Shown: one piece after another, positions 28,118 through 47,944 of the stretch
Layout: each line of letters begins with the position of its first letter
Numbering within the stretch: position 1 is the stretch's first letter
NCBI GenBank assembly: GCA_033442325.1
Contig: JAWQFM010000009.1
Coordinates: 450,807-514,806 of the forward strand
Reading direction: 5' to 3'
Source of the DNA: Salpingoeca rosetta
Taxonomy: Eukaryota > Protista > Choanoflagellata
Length of the DNA stretch: 64,000 nucleotides
Notes under the pieces: generated by a model
What the model was told of the DNA's origin: nothing
The model's input: the letters and a program-made list of their open reading frames with translations, nothing else
The model's database searches: none
Translations under genes and position numbers: made by a program

Positions 28118-30827
28118 CCTCGCTCTCCCGCTCGTTGACCGCACCTTAATGACTTGCACGAGCGCGTGCATGCGGGCCACGTGCTCGCCGTTCTGGAAGT
28201 TGGTCTGGTGCTGCGGGAACATGCTTATCTTGACGGAGTTGCCATCGTCAAAGTTGAGGCCGCGAACAAAGAACCCGCTGTCCTTCTCCTCAAAGTCGTT
28301 TGGCATGCTGCGCAGGAACTCACGGTAGCGCTGCTCAAGCTGCTCCAGCTTGCACCACGGCGTGTCCATGTCAACCCATATGACCAGGGGGTCCACCTGC
28401 CGCTTGGCGCGCTGTATGTTGACAAGCGTCTGCGTGTGGAGGACGTAGTTTGGCACCGTCACAACGCGCCCGTCCCACACCTTGAAGGTGGTGAGGAGCA
28501 GCTCAAGCCGCACCACGTACATGGGGTCCCAGTTTGGCAGCACAACACGGTCGCCCACGTCAAACGGGTGCTGCACAAAGAGAAACACAAACGAGTTGAA
28601 CACGTTCTTCGCGCTGTCGGCGAAGATGAACGAGAGCGCAAACAGCGTCGTGCCCACGGTGACCGTCACCTCCGCATAGTCGCCCGTGCTGAACGCAATG
28701 TTGAGTGCAAACAGGATAAGCACCACCACCGCGGCGGTCAGGAAGCTGGCCAGTGCGTGCGTGATGCTCTCCAAATCGTTGAGGGTGATGGCCAAGTTCT
28801 TTCGGTCGCGGTAGACGCGCTCCACACGCTCGCGCATCCAGTCCTCGTCGGCCTTGCCGGTGCCGTGCGGGTCGAACATGTCCTGCGCCTTTGCAAACAG
28901 CTCCTCGCTCGACAGCTCGTCCTTGAGTGTTGCAATGTGCACCTGCCCATTGTGCTGGTACCGGTCGAAGATGGCCTCGGCAAGGCGGCGCGCGAGCAGC
29001 CCGTTCTTGATGGCCACGCGATTGCGGCACACGGTGATGTAGCGGAGGCGGATGGCCTCGAAGCCTGCAAGCAACGACGCGCTCACTTCTGTTGGGTCAT
29101 CCTCCCCAGCAGTCATGCGCGAGTTGACAGCAGCGGCAGTTGTGGCAGCGGCAGTTGTGGCAGCGGCGGCGGCGGTGGCAGCCTTGTCGGTGTCGTGGTT
29201 GTGATTGCTGGCAGCTGCTGCCTTGCTGCTGATACTGTCACTTCTCCGCTTGTCTTTCTTGTCACTGTTGTGAGTGTGGGATTCCTTGTTGCTGTGCTGG
29301 CTGTTCGCGTTGTTGCGCGCTCCTTGCGAGTGGCGGGCGCGGGGCTGCTGCGTGTTGGCGTACGACAACGATTGCGATTGCTGTTGGTTGTTGTTGTCTC
29401 CACCACTGCCATTGTTGCGGTTGTCCTTGTTGTTGTTGTCCTTGTTGGCATTGCGTGCGCGTTCATCACCCCTGTGCCCCCTCAATCGATGCCGCCACCA
29501 CCGCCGCCGCCGCCGTGTGCCCGCCGTCGACATGGACGTGGACAGCTCCGCCGTCTGGCCCGCATATCCTCTTGTGAGCACATCATCGGGCGAGTGAATG
29601 TTCGTGGTTGGGCCCTCCTCTTCCCGGTGCTGGTGATGCTCATCAACATCCTCTTCAACATCGTCCGCAACATCGTCGTCATCATCAACAGGGCGAATGA
29701 GCGGAACAGCTCGTCGACCACCATCATCGCCGCCGCTGTGCCTGCGTTGCGGTGTTTCGCTGCCCGTATCCTGATGCGCAGACGTGAGCGCTGAAGCCCT
29801 CCGCTGCTGCTGGAATTGTTGCTTGTCGTGTTCGTGGGACGAGGCACCACTGTCCGTGTCATGGCGCTGTGCCTCGTCAGGGTGGCGGGCACCGCTTGCA
29901 GCTAGCACGCCTGCCTGGCTTTCGGCCTGTGTGGAGTGCAGATCTGGGGTGGAGATGCTCTTAGTAATCGGTCCAGCGACACCGACACTGCCGGCGTTGG
30001 TGTCGTCGTCCTCGATGGCTGGTGCTGCGTGTGTAACCCTGCATTCGTGGCTTGCGCCCCTCTTGAGCTTGCGCCCCCTTTTCTTCTCCTTATCCTGTTC
30101 CTTGCGCTTGGCCTTTTCCGCTTTCTCCTTCGCCTTCATCCTCGCCTTCTTCGCTGCTGAGCTCATGCTGGGCAGGCTGTACCGCCGTGGTTTCTCACCA
30201 TCGCCAGCTCCGGCTGGTGTCCCGTCCTTCGAGTCACCGGCGTTGCGTTCCGTGCGATCACCATCACCATCGCCACCACCACCGCGAGCATCATCACCAC
30301 CCTCCTTGTCGACGCGCTTGCGAAAGCGCCACAGCTTCTGCAGGGTGACAGCTGCGTCGTACTCTGTAAACTGCTGCTTGCGGCGTGGGCGCTTGTCGCT
30401 GAGAACACTGGTGGGCGTGATGGTGTCGGTCAGATCTTGCAACACTTCCTCCGCCCGCAGTGCGTCCTTGACAGAGCTGGCCTGGTTCAGCAAGCGCGTC
30501 TGTGGTTGGTTGCGGTGAAGGGAGGGTGGGGAAATTTTGGTGGTGGTGGTGTGTTGAGGTAACAAATGAAAGCACGAGAGACGTGAGCGTACGACAAGAA
30601 GAAGGGGGGTGGTGGAGGGGAGGTAGGAGGGGAAGCGAATTGAAGAAGCAAGAAAAGGATGGGGGGGGGGACAGGAGACGAAGACAAACAAATGCATGCA
30701 CGCATGCACGTGTACACAGTGTGTGTGTACGCATGCCTACAGACGAGGAGACAAACACACACACACACACACAGACAGACAGACAGACAGACAGACACAC
30801 ACACACACACAGACAGACAGACAGACA

Positions 30828-30867
<40 letters not shown>

Positions 30868-31578
30868 ACAGACGCAGATACGCACCACAGACAGAGAGAC
30901 AGCCAGACAGAGAGACAGACATACAAACACAGACACAGACATACTGACCCCGAAGCGGAGGCGGACGACTGCCAGGCCACGAAGGACGAGAAGAACGCCA
31001 AGGAAAATGTTGACAATCATGAGGCGCGGCAGCCACCACACCCTGTCAAAGTCCAGCTTGGACTTGGTACCGTTGACGCGGGCGGGAAACGGGTTGGCGT
31101 TGAAGATGCCGTAGAACGCAACCACAATGAGCACGGTCCACAGGAGATAGCAGACGGAGAAGTAGATGCCGGTGAGAATGATGCGGCTGGCGTTGCTCTC
31201 CCTGACGATGATGATCACGGACATGGTAATCCAGGTCACGATTCTGCACACGAGCCACAGCGCGACCCACGAGCCCACAAACACAGCCCAGCAGGCGATG
31301 CTGGCCGAGGCGAGCGTCCTGTTTGGGTCGTTCTCACGGAACACAAACCCAACGACAAAGACGATGCCGATGACGATGAGCCATGCTATCCAACCGCCCC
31401 AGCTTGGCTGCGACCACGTCGTCTGCGCAAACGGCACCGAGAGCACCTTGAGCGGTGGCGGCTGCGGCGGTGGCTGCGCCAGAGATGTCGGCGAAGGTGA
31501 CGTTAGCGTCACGGGCGTCGCGGAAGCTGGCGGCGGTTCTGCCGCTTTTCTGAACCTCACAGGTTCCGGGGGCATCAC
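27607..31578 (-). CDS. MscS-family mechanosensitive channel (fungal Msy/plant MSL type) with N-terminal TM helices, long disordered insert and EF-hand-like segment; first exon(s) probably upstream of the intron at ~31585
   Basis: TM region [21 protein letters not shown].... MscS core [32 protein letters not shown]...[35 protein letters not shown]. Last exon [10 protein letters not shown]...MYDAIV*. Confidence 0.9.
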
Positions 31579-31581
31579 TTC

Positions 31582-31706
<125 letters not shown>

Positions 31707-32156
31707 CTGAATGAACGACAGGGGCACGGGCTCAGGCACAGACTACGTGGGTCCGTGGGTGCGTGCAAACACCGTTTCCCGTTGGCGTGCACGAACTTCC
31801 AGTACAGATGAACGAAGAAGTGGACGTGGGGAAAGCTGTGTTGAAGGAAGGAAAGCAATGCAACAGTGGGTGCAAAAAAGAAGAATGAGTGATCGTCGCT
31901 TCTTGCTTCGTTGCAGCAAGAAGGAAGCAAGTGCAAGCAAGCAATCAAGGCACTGCCATCACGCAACCACATTCGGTCCTGCGCGTGCAAACCGCGCGCA
32001 GGCGCCCATAAACACGTCTGACACGTTTCACACACCCACGCGAGGAGGCGAAAGCAGCAGCAGAAGCAGGTGCACCTTCACTTCCTCTCACCACACCAAC
32101 TCAACTCACTCACCAAACACCAACCCAACTCACTCACTCCCTGTGACAGGCGGAAC

Positions 32157-34930
32157 ATGGAGCAGCAACAAGAGGCAAAGGTGGTGAAGCTGCCAGGGAA
32201 GGTGCGATCTCGGCAGAGCCAGAACCCCGTCAGCAAGAGAGCCAAGATGGCAAAACAAGCACAACAAGCTCAACAACAACAACAACAGCAGAAGGAGCAG
32301 AAGCAGAAGAAGACGAAGCAGGAGCACAAGCAGCAAGCACAGGGACAACAACAGCTGGCACATAAGAACAAAGGCAAGAAGACTGGCAAGGGGAAGCAGA
32401 AGAAGGGCAAGGTGAGGAGAGTGCCAGATGGTGCCGATGATGATGATGACGAGGTGAAGGAGCAAGGGCAACAACAGCTGCCAACAGTCACTGCCAGCAC
32501 TGCCGACGCGGCAGAGGAGGATGCTGTTGACAATGACAACGAGGATGATGACGACTTTGAGGCAAACGACTTGCAGCTTGAAGCAACTGCAGACATGCAG
32601 GTCAGCGTGTTCGTGTGTGTGCGTGTGTGTGTGTGTGTGCGTATGTGTGTGTGTGTGCGTACGTGTGTGTGTGTGTGCGTACGTGTGTGTGTGCGTATGT
32701 GTGTGTGTATGGAATGGCTTGCAATCACCTTCATGCACCGGTTTGGACTGTTCTCGACACCTTCACTCACAGGCTGTGCTTGCATGTGGCATGATACAGG
32801 CGCTGCAATGCGATGTTCGTGCGTGCTGCCCTGGCGAAGAAGACTTCTGGGGCATCAAACAGCTCCTGCACCAAGTGCGTTCAGCCACGCGGTGATGAGA
32901 GTGTGTGCGTGAGCGTGGGAGTATGTGTGTGTGTGTGTGTGCGTGTGTGTGTGTGTGAACGTGGGAGTGTGTTTGTGGGTCAATGTCTTCATTCGTTCAC
33001 TCGTCCGTCTGTCCGTCCTCTCGTTTGTTCGTTCGCTCGATCATGGTGTGAGCCCACTCAAGACTGTGCCAAGACTGTGTTGGGAGTTGTGGCTGTCCTG
33101 ACTTACTTTCTCGACTTGTGCTTGTGTGCTGTGTAGCTGATGCGGGATGGCTCGTTTGTGTACGGCGACCTGGCGGACAGTCTGATTGAGAACAACGCAT
33201 GCTCCACTGTGATCAAGCCTGAGGAGAGCGACCAAAGCGGCGACGTGCAGTTCAAAGCACAGGTGTGTGTGCGCATGTGTGTGTGCGCATGTGTGTGTGC
33301 GCATGTGTGTGTGCGCATGTGTGTGTGTGTTTGCATATGTATGTGCGTGGGTGTGCGTTTGCGCGTGTTTGCATGTGTGTAAGTTGTTGTTGTTGCGTTT
33401 GTTTCCACGTGTTGACACTACCACATGTGCTGTGTTCAGAGTGGAGGTCCCGGAGACGATGATGCTGATGACGACGACGATGGAGAAGTGAACAGAACCG
33501 ACAAATACGACGTCTTTGCCATTGCCGGTGTCATCCCGCTCTCCGGTCCAAAGGTTCGTTATGAATGCGTGCGTGCGCGTAAGAGTGTGTATGTGTGTGT
33601 GTGTGTGTATGAATGCGTGTGTGTGTGTGCGTGTGGTATTTATGCTTGTGCATGTGTGCGTGCGCGTGCGCGTGCGCGTGCGTGTGCGTGTGAGTATGAG
33701 TGTGTGTATAATTTGCATACTGTGCTTTGGCCCTGTGTTCCGATGCTGGTGCTGGTGTGCAGTTAACGTGCGCCACCATGCTTGCTCGTGGCGCAATTGA
33801 CATCTGCTCACGTTGTTCTGCGGCCACATCATCCTTTCATGCAGGCTCAGGCGTCTCTCACCAAGTGGCTCGCCAAGAAATGCAGCAAGCAGGCCGATGT
33901 GGTGCGCCATGGTTGTGGACATGCGTGTATGCGTGTGTGTACGGATATGTGTATGTATATCTATGCATGTGTGTGTGTGTGTTTGTTCGCTCGAACTTGC
34001 ACGTGTACATCTATTTCAACTCACCTCTCCAGCACAAACAAACTGCCCCCGCCTCTCCTTGAGGTTCTCTCTGTCTCTGTCTCTCTGTATGCTAGCCCAC
34101 TCACCAATGCGCTGCGTCTGCTGTCGCCAGGTGTCTGCGCTGAAGAAGCCTGGCACCGCCTTTGTCATCTGGTGAGATGAATATCATGTGCGTGGCGTAC
34201 TGATCATGGCTGTTGCCATGTGTTTGCACGTTGTTTCGGAGATGAGAAACCACGTCACTCCTGCCTTTGCCCCTTTATTGGGTCCTGTATGCTTGCGTCA
34301 ATTCTTTCTCTTCGCAGTTCCTCTCTCCCCCCTCTCTCTCTCCCTCTCACTCACACACTCACTCACACACTCACTCACACACTCACTTACACACTCACTC
34401 ACACTCACACACACACCAAACGCAGTGAGCGTATCATCAACCTGCCGCCACAGCTGGCCACGGCCATGTATGACACCCTCCTCAACGACATGCTCGCGTT
34501 GCCAAAGGTGCGGTCACGCATACCGCTGAGGTCGTGATGAGGGAAGGGGGAGGGTGATGATGATGGTGCTGATCATGGTGAGCTGGTGGCGGGGATGCAA
34601 CAAGTGCGGTGCTGGTTAGACACTCGCTCTTGGGTAGCGCTCGTTTCACCAACTGCACGTTGCTGCTTTGTTGCTTATGCACTGATTCACCCATTCACCC
34701 ACTCACTCACGCGGTCACTGTCCCATTCATTCTTGTGTTTGTGTCAGGCTGACCGGCCGAAGCAAGTTGTCATGATGTTCAAGGCGTACGAGTACACCAA
34801 GAAGGTACAGTCACGGTTTGCTTGTCCGTCTTGGAATGCAGCATCACTATTTGACAATGCGCGCGTTGTTTCCCTCGCGCTCACTGTGCCACCACCATGC
34901 ACGCTTGTTTTGCCGTGTGCTGAGACACAT

Positions 34931-35005
<75 letters not shown>

Positions 35006-35147
35006 CATGTCTACACACGCAAGTAGACGAAGACCGCGACACCATCTGGTGTGGAGTTTTACGGCCCAGAGGACACATTCTTCTTCAAGGTGAGCCCTTC
35101 CACACATGCACGCACATGTGGACACACTGCTGCCGTATTCTTTGTTC

Positions 35148-35217
<70 letters not shown>

Positions 35218-35537
35218 CGCAGAGCGCCGCCTCGACGCATCGGTTCAACATTCCAAAGACATCCGGGCAGCTGCAGGATAGCACACAACCAGACAAGTGA
35301 GCCAACAGGCGCTTTGCTCCTCCTCACTTGATGCTCCCTGCCATATTCTTCTGTATTGCTTTCTGAGTTGGCATGCCTGTTGTCATTGGCTTCTCACCAC
35401 CACTTCACCTTTCCCCTCGCGCCCCACCTGTTGGCAGGATGTACCGCGTTGTGTGCGTGCTGTCCTTCAAGGCGTTCCGAGCAGCGGCACAGCAAGTTGC
35501 ATCCGCCTTTGTCGCACAATACGACGGCTGTGCGTAA
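32157..35537 (+). CDS. BCCIP: BCCIP/Bcp1 family protein, multi-exon
   Basis: [66 protein letters not shown]. Confidence 0.85.
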
Positions 35538-35786
35538 TGGTGATGTGACCCGCCCTCGACCACCACAAACCGCACCGCACACTGTCAACACCCTCGCCCA
35601 CTGCAACAACACGCGTGCATACACGTTCATAGCTGTCAATAAACTCGCTCCCATCCCTCGATGTGCGGGATGCCATCCATGTGGCGTATCATGAGCTGCG
35701 TTTACTTGTGCTGCACAAGAAAGCATGACGCAAACGCAGCAGTGGATATCAGGGTCAAGGGCAAAGGGATGCGTGTGGGAGCAGGT

Positions 35787-35907
35787 TTACTCGGCAACAG
35801 TCTTCCTGGCACGGCCCTTGGTCTCAGGGCGGGGCACGACCTCCTTCTGCTTCATGAAGATCATCTCAATGTGGCAAGGAGAGGACTTGTAGGCTGCACG
35901 CAACAGC

Positions 35908-35961
<54 letters not shown>

Positions 35962-37645
35962 CACGGTGAGGTCGGTGTGAGCCAAGGCGACAGCGCACTC
36001 CAGTGCAAAACGCTCATGCCAGCAGAGATGGGTCGTGATTTCATGACACGGCACAAGCCTCCACTACACCACACCAAACTCCACTTTCACCATGCAACTC
36101 TTCAACGCACGCACACGGAGATACCCACACAAACATCACAAGCACAAACTGCCTCCCTCCACCCCGCATAAAACACTTACGGTTGATGCGACCGTGCGCT
36201 CTGTAGGTACGACGGCGCATGTGGGGTGCGCGGTTGACCTGGGCGTGCTTGATGAAGAGGGACTCGGGCTGCAGGCCCTTAACCTCGGCGTTGCTCTCGG
36301 CGTTCTTGAGGAGGTCGAGAACAAAGTTGCACGACTTGAGTGGCCAGCGACCCTGTGTCCAGTTGTGCTGCTTGGCCTGTGGTGGTGATGGTGGTTGTGC
36401 ATGCGTGCAAAGAGGTGTAAGAACAACAATATTGGAGCATCAAGCAAAGGGAGGAAAGCGTCAGCGATGTCACTTGTGCATCGGCGTGCGCACAGAGGTG
36501 AAGAGTTTGTCCTGCCTCTCTAAGCACTTTTGTGGCTCACGCCGGAAGTCAACAGCGCAATCACCACAGTGGACCAGCAAGCACAAGCAATATGGGAGCT
36601 GCCGTTTTCTCCAACTCGCGCCAATTGTCCCCGTCCACGCCACCGTCCCCATTCGGTTTTCACTCAAGCGCGCGCACACGCACACTGTGTCTCCCTCGTC
36701 GTCTGCGCATGACACATCAGGGGTACGCACCATGCCCTTGCGGCCAATACCGCCGTTCCTGTAGCGCTTGAAGGGGACAATCTCCTTCTTGGCCTTGACG
36801 TTCTCGAGGAAGCGCACGGCACGGGGCAGGCTCATGCCCCGGATGGCGTGCACGGTCTCGCGCGTGTTCTTGTAGTGCACACGCAGGTAGGAACCACGCG
36901 TCTTCACGACTGTTGGCGATGTGATGCGATGCGCAGGTGCGTGTTGGGGTGTGCATGCGTGTGCAAGTGTGTGATGAAGATGAAGGTGAGCAGCAGGCAA
37001 GGACGGAGATGGGGGGGGGGGGGAGGAGGCATGACAGTGTGGGCGATCATGTGGTGGGTGGGTGCTGTTGCTGTCGTGGTGGAGTCGTGGTTGCTGTTGC
37101 TTGCGCAGGTCTGGGCGGAGTGGTACACTCGTCGATTGAACCCGTTGATTGGGCCGCTTTCTTTACCACGCCGCCACTGCCACCGTCCCCGTCACCATCA
37201 CCAGCAGTACAACCAAGCCACCTCCCACGTGCACGTCACACAAGAACACACACACACACACAAAGCCTTGGGGCGGGTGCTGCTGTCAGTCTGCTGCTGC
37301 GCTGCGCGCATGGGCCCACCACACGCACGATCGATGCCACTTCACCACACAGCTCATCATTGCTGTTGCTGCTTGTTGTTGCCACTGTCGCTCGCCCATC
37401 AACGCAAAGAAGCACGTGCGTGTGCTCCGGAGGGGGGGGGGACACATCAGCACCCGCGTGTTGTTGTCGTCGTGCAACGGTGCCACCCCTCGTTCACCGT
37501 GCACCGCTTCCACCACCTTCACGCAAAACCTCACACACACACACGCACACAAAAGCTGCTTCATTTCCCCTCCGCTCAGAGATGCAGTGCTTGCTGACTG
37601 CTCACCGTTGTCCTGCTCGGCGACATCCCAGGAGTAGCGCACCAT
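35787..37645 (-). CDS. RPL17: 60S ribosomal protein L17 (uL22), 4 exons
   Basis: [88 protein letters not shown]. Confidence 0.97.
36002..36065 (-). ncRNA. Candidate intronic structured RNA (hairpin) in RPL17 intron 3
   Basis: GCTTGTGCC/GGCATGAGC stem plus an apical GTCATGA/TCACGAC stem, in non-microsatellite intron sequence. Confidence 0.25.
36482..36544 (-). ncRNA. Candidate intronic H/ACA-like hairpin in RPL17 intron 2
   Basis: CGGCGTG/CACGCCG basal stem and AGAGG/CCTCT upper stem, followed by ACA. Confidence 0.3.
37114..37175 (-). ncRNA. Candidate intronic H/ACA-like hairpin in RPL17 intron 1
   Basis: 11/12-bp basal stem GGCGGCGTGGTA/TACCACTCCGCC, internal loop and GCCC/GGGT apical stem, followed by AGA. 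Confidence 0.3.
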
Positions 37646-38015
37646 GGTGGCGGTGTTGGTGGTTGCTGTATGGGGAGATGGGGAGAAAAAGGGAGCAAAT
37701 CTCAGCGCTCACACACGCGACACAAGGAAAAAGGGCCAGCAAAAGTACCTGGCACTTGCCACGGTACTCATGCGTGGAAACTTGTCCAAAGAATTTCACC
37801 AATAATCATGCACAACGCTTTCTGCCCATATCATGCGCCAACCTTCCAGGGCACAAGAAAATCTGATAAAGCTACCCACCAATTGTCAAACCCAAACAAA
37901 CCACAGCAAAGCAAAGCAACAAGGCAGCACCCAAAATCCAAAAATCACTGGCTGACCAACCAAACCACCACCCTGCAAGGCAAGCCAAGCGGCAAGCGAC
38001 GAGCGACAAGCAACG

Positions 38016-39959
38016 ATGAGCAGCAACGCTGTTCAGTACCTGGCTCGGCGCCGGTCGCCGATTCGTTACACATCGTACGTGATGCGCGTGAAGTGTGTGA
38101 AGAGTGTGTGAGGTGTGTGTGCGTGTGTGTGTGTTTGATTTGATCTGGGTGTGCACGCTTGATTTGAGTGTGTGAGTTGATGTCTGTGTCATGCATGCAT
38201 CATACCTTCAGGATTCATGCGACGTCATGTCACATCACTGCTTCGCTCACGTCCATCTCACATCATGCTACTCATGCCATGCAATTTATGCCATCACACA
38301 CACACACACACGCCAAACACACACACACACAACATCACACACACACACACACACACACATACAACATCACACACACACACACGCCACACACACACACACA
38401 CATACAACATCACACACACGCACACACACACGCGACATACCGCTTTTCGTCTCTCCTCCCCTCCTGCATGTAGGCGGTCGTTGCGATCGCCAACACCCCC
38501 GCCCGCACCCGACTTTGACGCGGGCGATGACGAGTCTCCAGCCAGCCCTGGTGTGGAGGCACCCATTGCAGACACTGAGCAAGCCAAGAGCATGGCCCCT
38601 GCCACCGAGGAAGAGGTGAACCGCCGCGCGTTGGCCATCGCAGGGAAAGTGGCCGCCCTCACCCTGCTCGCCGTCCCCGTCTGCTACCTCTTCGACTTTT
38701 TTGGCGAGAACCTCTCCGGGTTTGGCACCTTCCTCTTTGGCCTCACCATCCTCATTGGATTCCCCATGGGCCTGCGCGACATGTTCTCCGTCATCCCGGA
38801 CCACGACATGTTCATGTACTTCTTCTCCGTCTTCGCCTTCACCAGCGCCATTGACTTTATCCTTGCCTTCACCATTGACAAGCGCAACGCCGTCCTCGTC
38901 GAGTGAGTCTCCGATGCGTGCGTGTGTGCGTGTGTGTGCATGTTTGTTCGTCTACATGCGTGCGTGTGCGCATGTGCATGTGCATGTGCGCATGTGCGTC
39001 TACATGTGTGCATGGGGCGGTGTGTTTCTGTGCATCTCCTCTCGGCTGGATGCAACCTCGCCCCCCCCCCCTCCGGTCGCCTCGTTGCGACCGTTGTCCC
39101 CCCCCCCTCCATCCCCACCCATCAAGTGTCACTCACCCAACGTTCGTTCCCTCCTTCCTCCCCTAGCTACCTCGAGCGTGGCGAGCCCTATCTGTCCACG
39201 GCGTACGGGTTTGCGGCCAACCTGTGGGACGGCACCGCCCACTGGCTGCTGTACATTATCATGATCTTCGGCCTGGCCTCCCACAACCCGGCACTCTACC
39301 GCTCGTACTACCTCTACTGGATCGGCTCCATCACGTTCTCCCTGTGCAAGCTCATGCCTGGTGCCGCCATCGGCCACTTTAGCCACGCCATGGACTACTC
39401 CGCCTTCCTCAACGTCCCGTTCATCCTCCTCCCCGTGTACTTTCTCAAGCGCGTCATTGACACGCCGCGCCCGATCGAGCCTGCCAAGCGCGGCACAGCG
39501 TGGATGGAGGCTGCCTTTGCCGCCTTGCTCTCCGTCGCCGTCATTGTCCTTGGCATCCGCTTTGCCGCGGCCAACAACTCCGACCTGCCCATTGCTGCCG
39601 CCTGGCGCGAGGTTGAGCCCACGCTCGATGACCCCTCTCGCTTCTTCGCCGTCACCAGCATGGTGCACCTCTACTACGCCGTGCCCATGATGAGCGTGCT
39701 CATCGTCACCATGCTCTTTGGCGCCTCCCGCACCCAGCGCGGCTTCTGCAGCGACGTGGCCGTGCTGCTCGCTGGCGGCATGGGCGAGTCGCAGTTCTGC
39801 TACATGGTGTCTGCCTTCCACCACCTCACCCCAGACAACCTGCGCGTCTCCCCAGACTCGTGCGGGTTTTGGGGCATTAACGTGGGCCTCGTTGTCCTCA
39901 CCCACGCCATTGCCGTCTACCTCACCTCTCGTCGCGGCCTTGCAGGCATCTTCAAGTGA
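38016..39959 (+). CDS. TM6SF1: TM6SF1/2-like EXPERA-domain multi-pass membrane protein, 3 exons
   Basis: YFFSVFAFTSAIDFILA, YLERGEPYLSTAYG..LWDGTAHWLLY, LYWIGSI, FLNVPFILLPV, EPTLDDP. Confidence 0.85.
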
Positions 39960-40496
39960 TGACTGACTGTCGTGCAAGGGTTGTGTGGGTACGTGTATAC
40001 GTGCGTACGCGTGTTTTGTGTGTGTGTGTGTGTGTATGTGTGCGTTGCACGTGTGCTCACGTACGTTGTATGTACGTGTGCGCATGCGTTTGTCTGCTTG
40101 TCACACGCACACGTCGCGTGTCTACACGCCACAGCAAGTCCTGTACTCCCGTTGTTTTGTATCATTGAATGTGTTGTGTGAATATGCCACGTGCCTTCTT
40201 CATCATTGTTACTCTGCTGCTGTTGCTGCTTCTTGGCACACACACTTGTGTGCCCTTGGCTCTGCACGTCCTGGTTTTTGTTACGATTTCATGCACAATT
40301 TGTTTTTGGCATTCGTGTTGTGGTGTTGCCTTTGCTTTGTGTCTGTGAGGCACTAGCTCGGCTCCACCGCAATTAAAGAAGCATAGAACGTGGCTGATAA
40401 GAGGTGTGCACTAGTGTGTGTGTGTGTGCGTGTGCGTGTTTGTGTGTGTGTGTGTGTGTGCGTGCGCGCGCTTGTGTGTTTGTTTGTTTGTGTGTT

Positions 40497-40529
<33 letters not shown>

Positions 40530-40943
40530 TTGTTTGTTTGTGTGTGTGTGTGTGTACATGCACACACGTGTGCGCGTGCTCCTGTTTGCATGGGGTTGAT
40601 TGCACGCTGCGTGAGTGCATGGCGTGTGTTATGTGTCGTTTGTTTATGGTGCAAGTGTCATAAGCGGGACCGACCGTAACGTAAAGGAAAGAGGGGAAGA
40701 GAAATTCTATCAACACGCATGTGAACAGGTGAAGGCAATGACTATGAACATGACAAGTTGTGATCACAAAATGAAACAACAATCGTAAGTGGCCAGCACA
40801 CGATGAGCAAAGCAAGTCTGTGTGAAGAAACATGGGTTTACGAGAATGTGAATGTGCTCGTTTGCGCTTGTGCATGACGCATATTGGGTACAAGTGTGCG
40901 TGAACGTGCAAGCATCGGTCGAGTGAAGCGTACAATCGAGTCA

Positions 40944-47944
<7,001 letters not shown>

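Noticed and set aside
28154-29794. 546-aa plus-strand ORF, and similar long antisense ORFs at 16393-17154, 39129-40085 and 58695-59837
   Set aside because: Antisense shadows of GC3-rich real genes, with no recognisable motifs.
37286-37360. Possible C/D-box snoRNA (ATGATGA...CTGA) in RPL17 intron 1
   Set aside because: No terminal stem and no recognisable rRNA antisense element upstream of the D box.
32157-37645. BCCIP next to RPL17 as a chaperone-client pair
   Set aside because: Bcp1/BCCIP chaperones uL14 (RPL23), not uL22. The genes are convergent and adjacency is probably chance.
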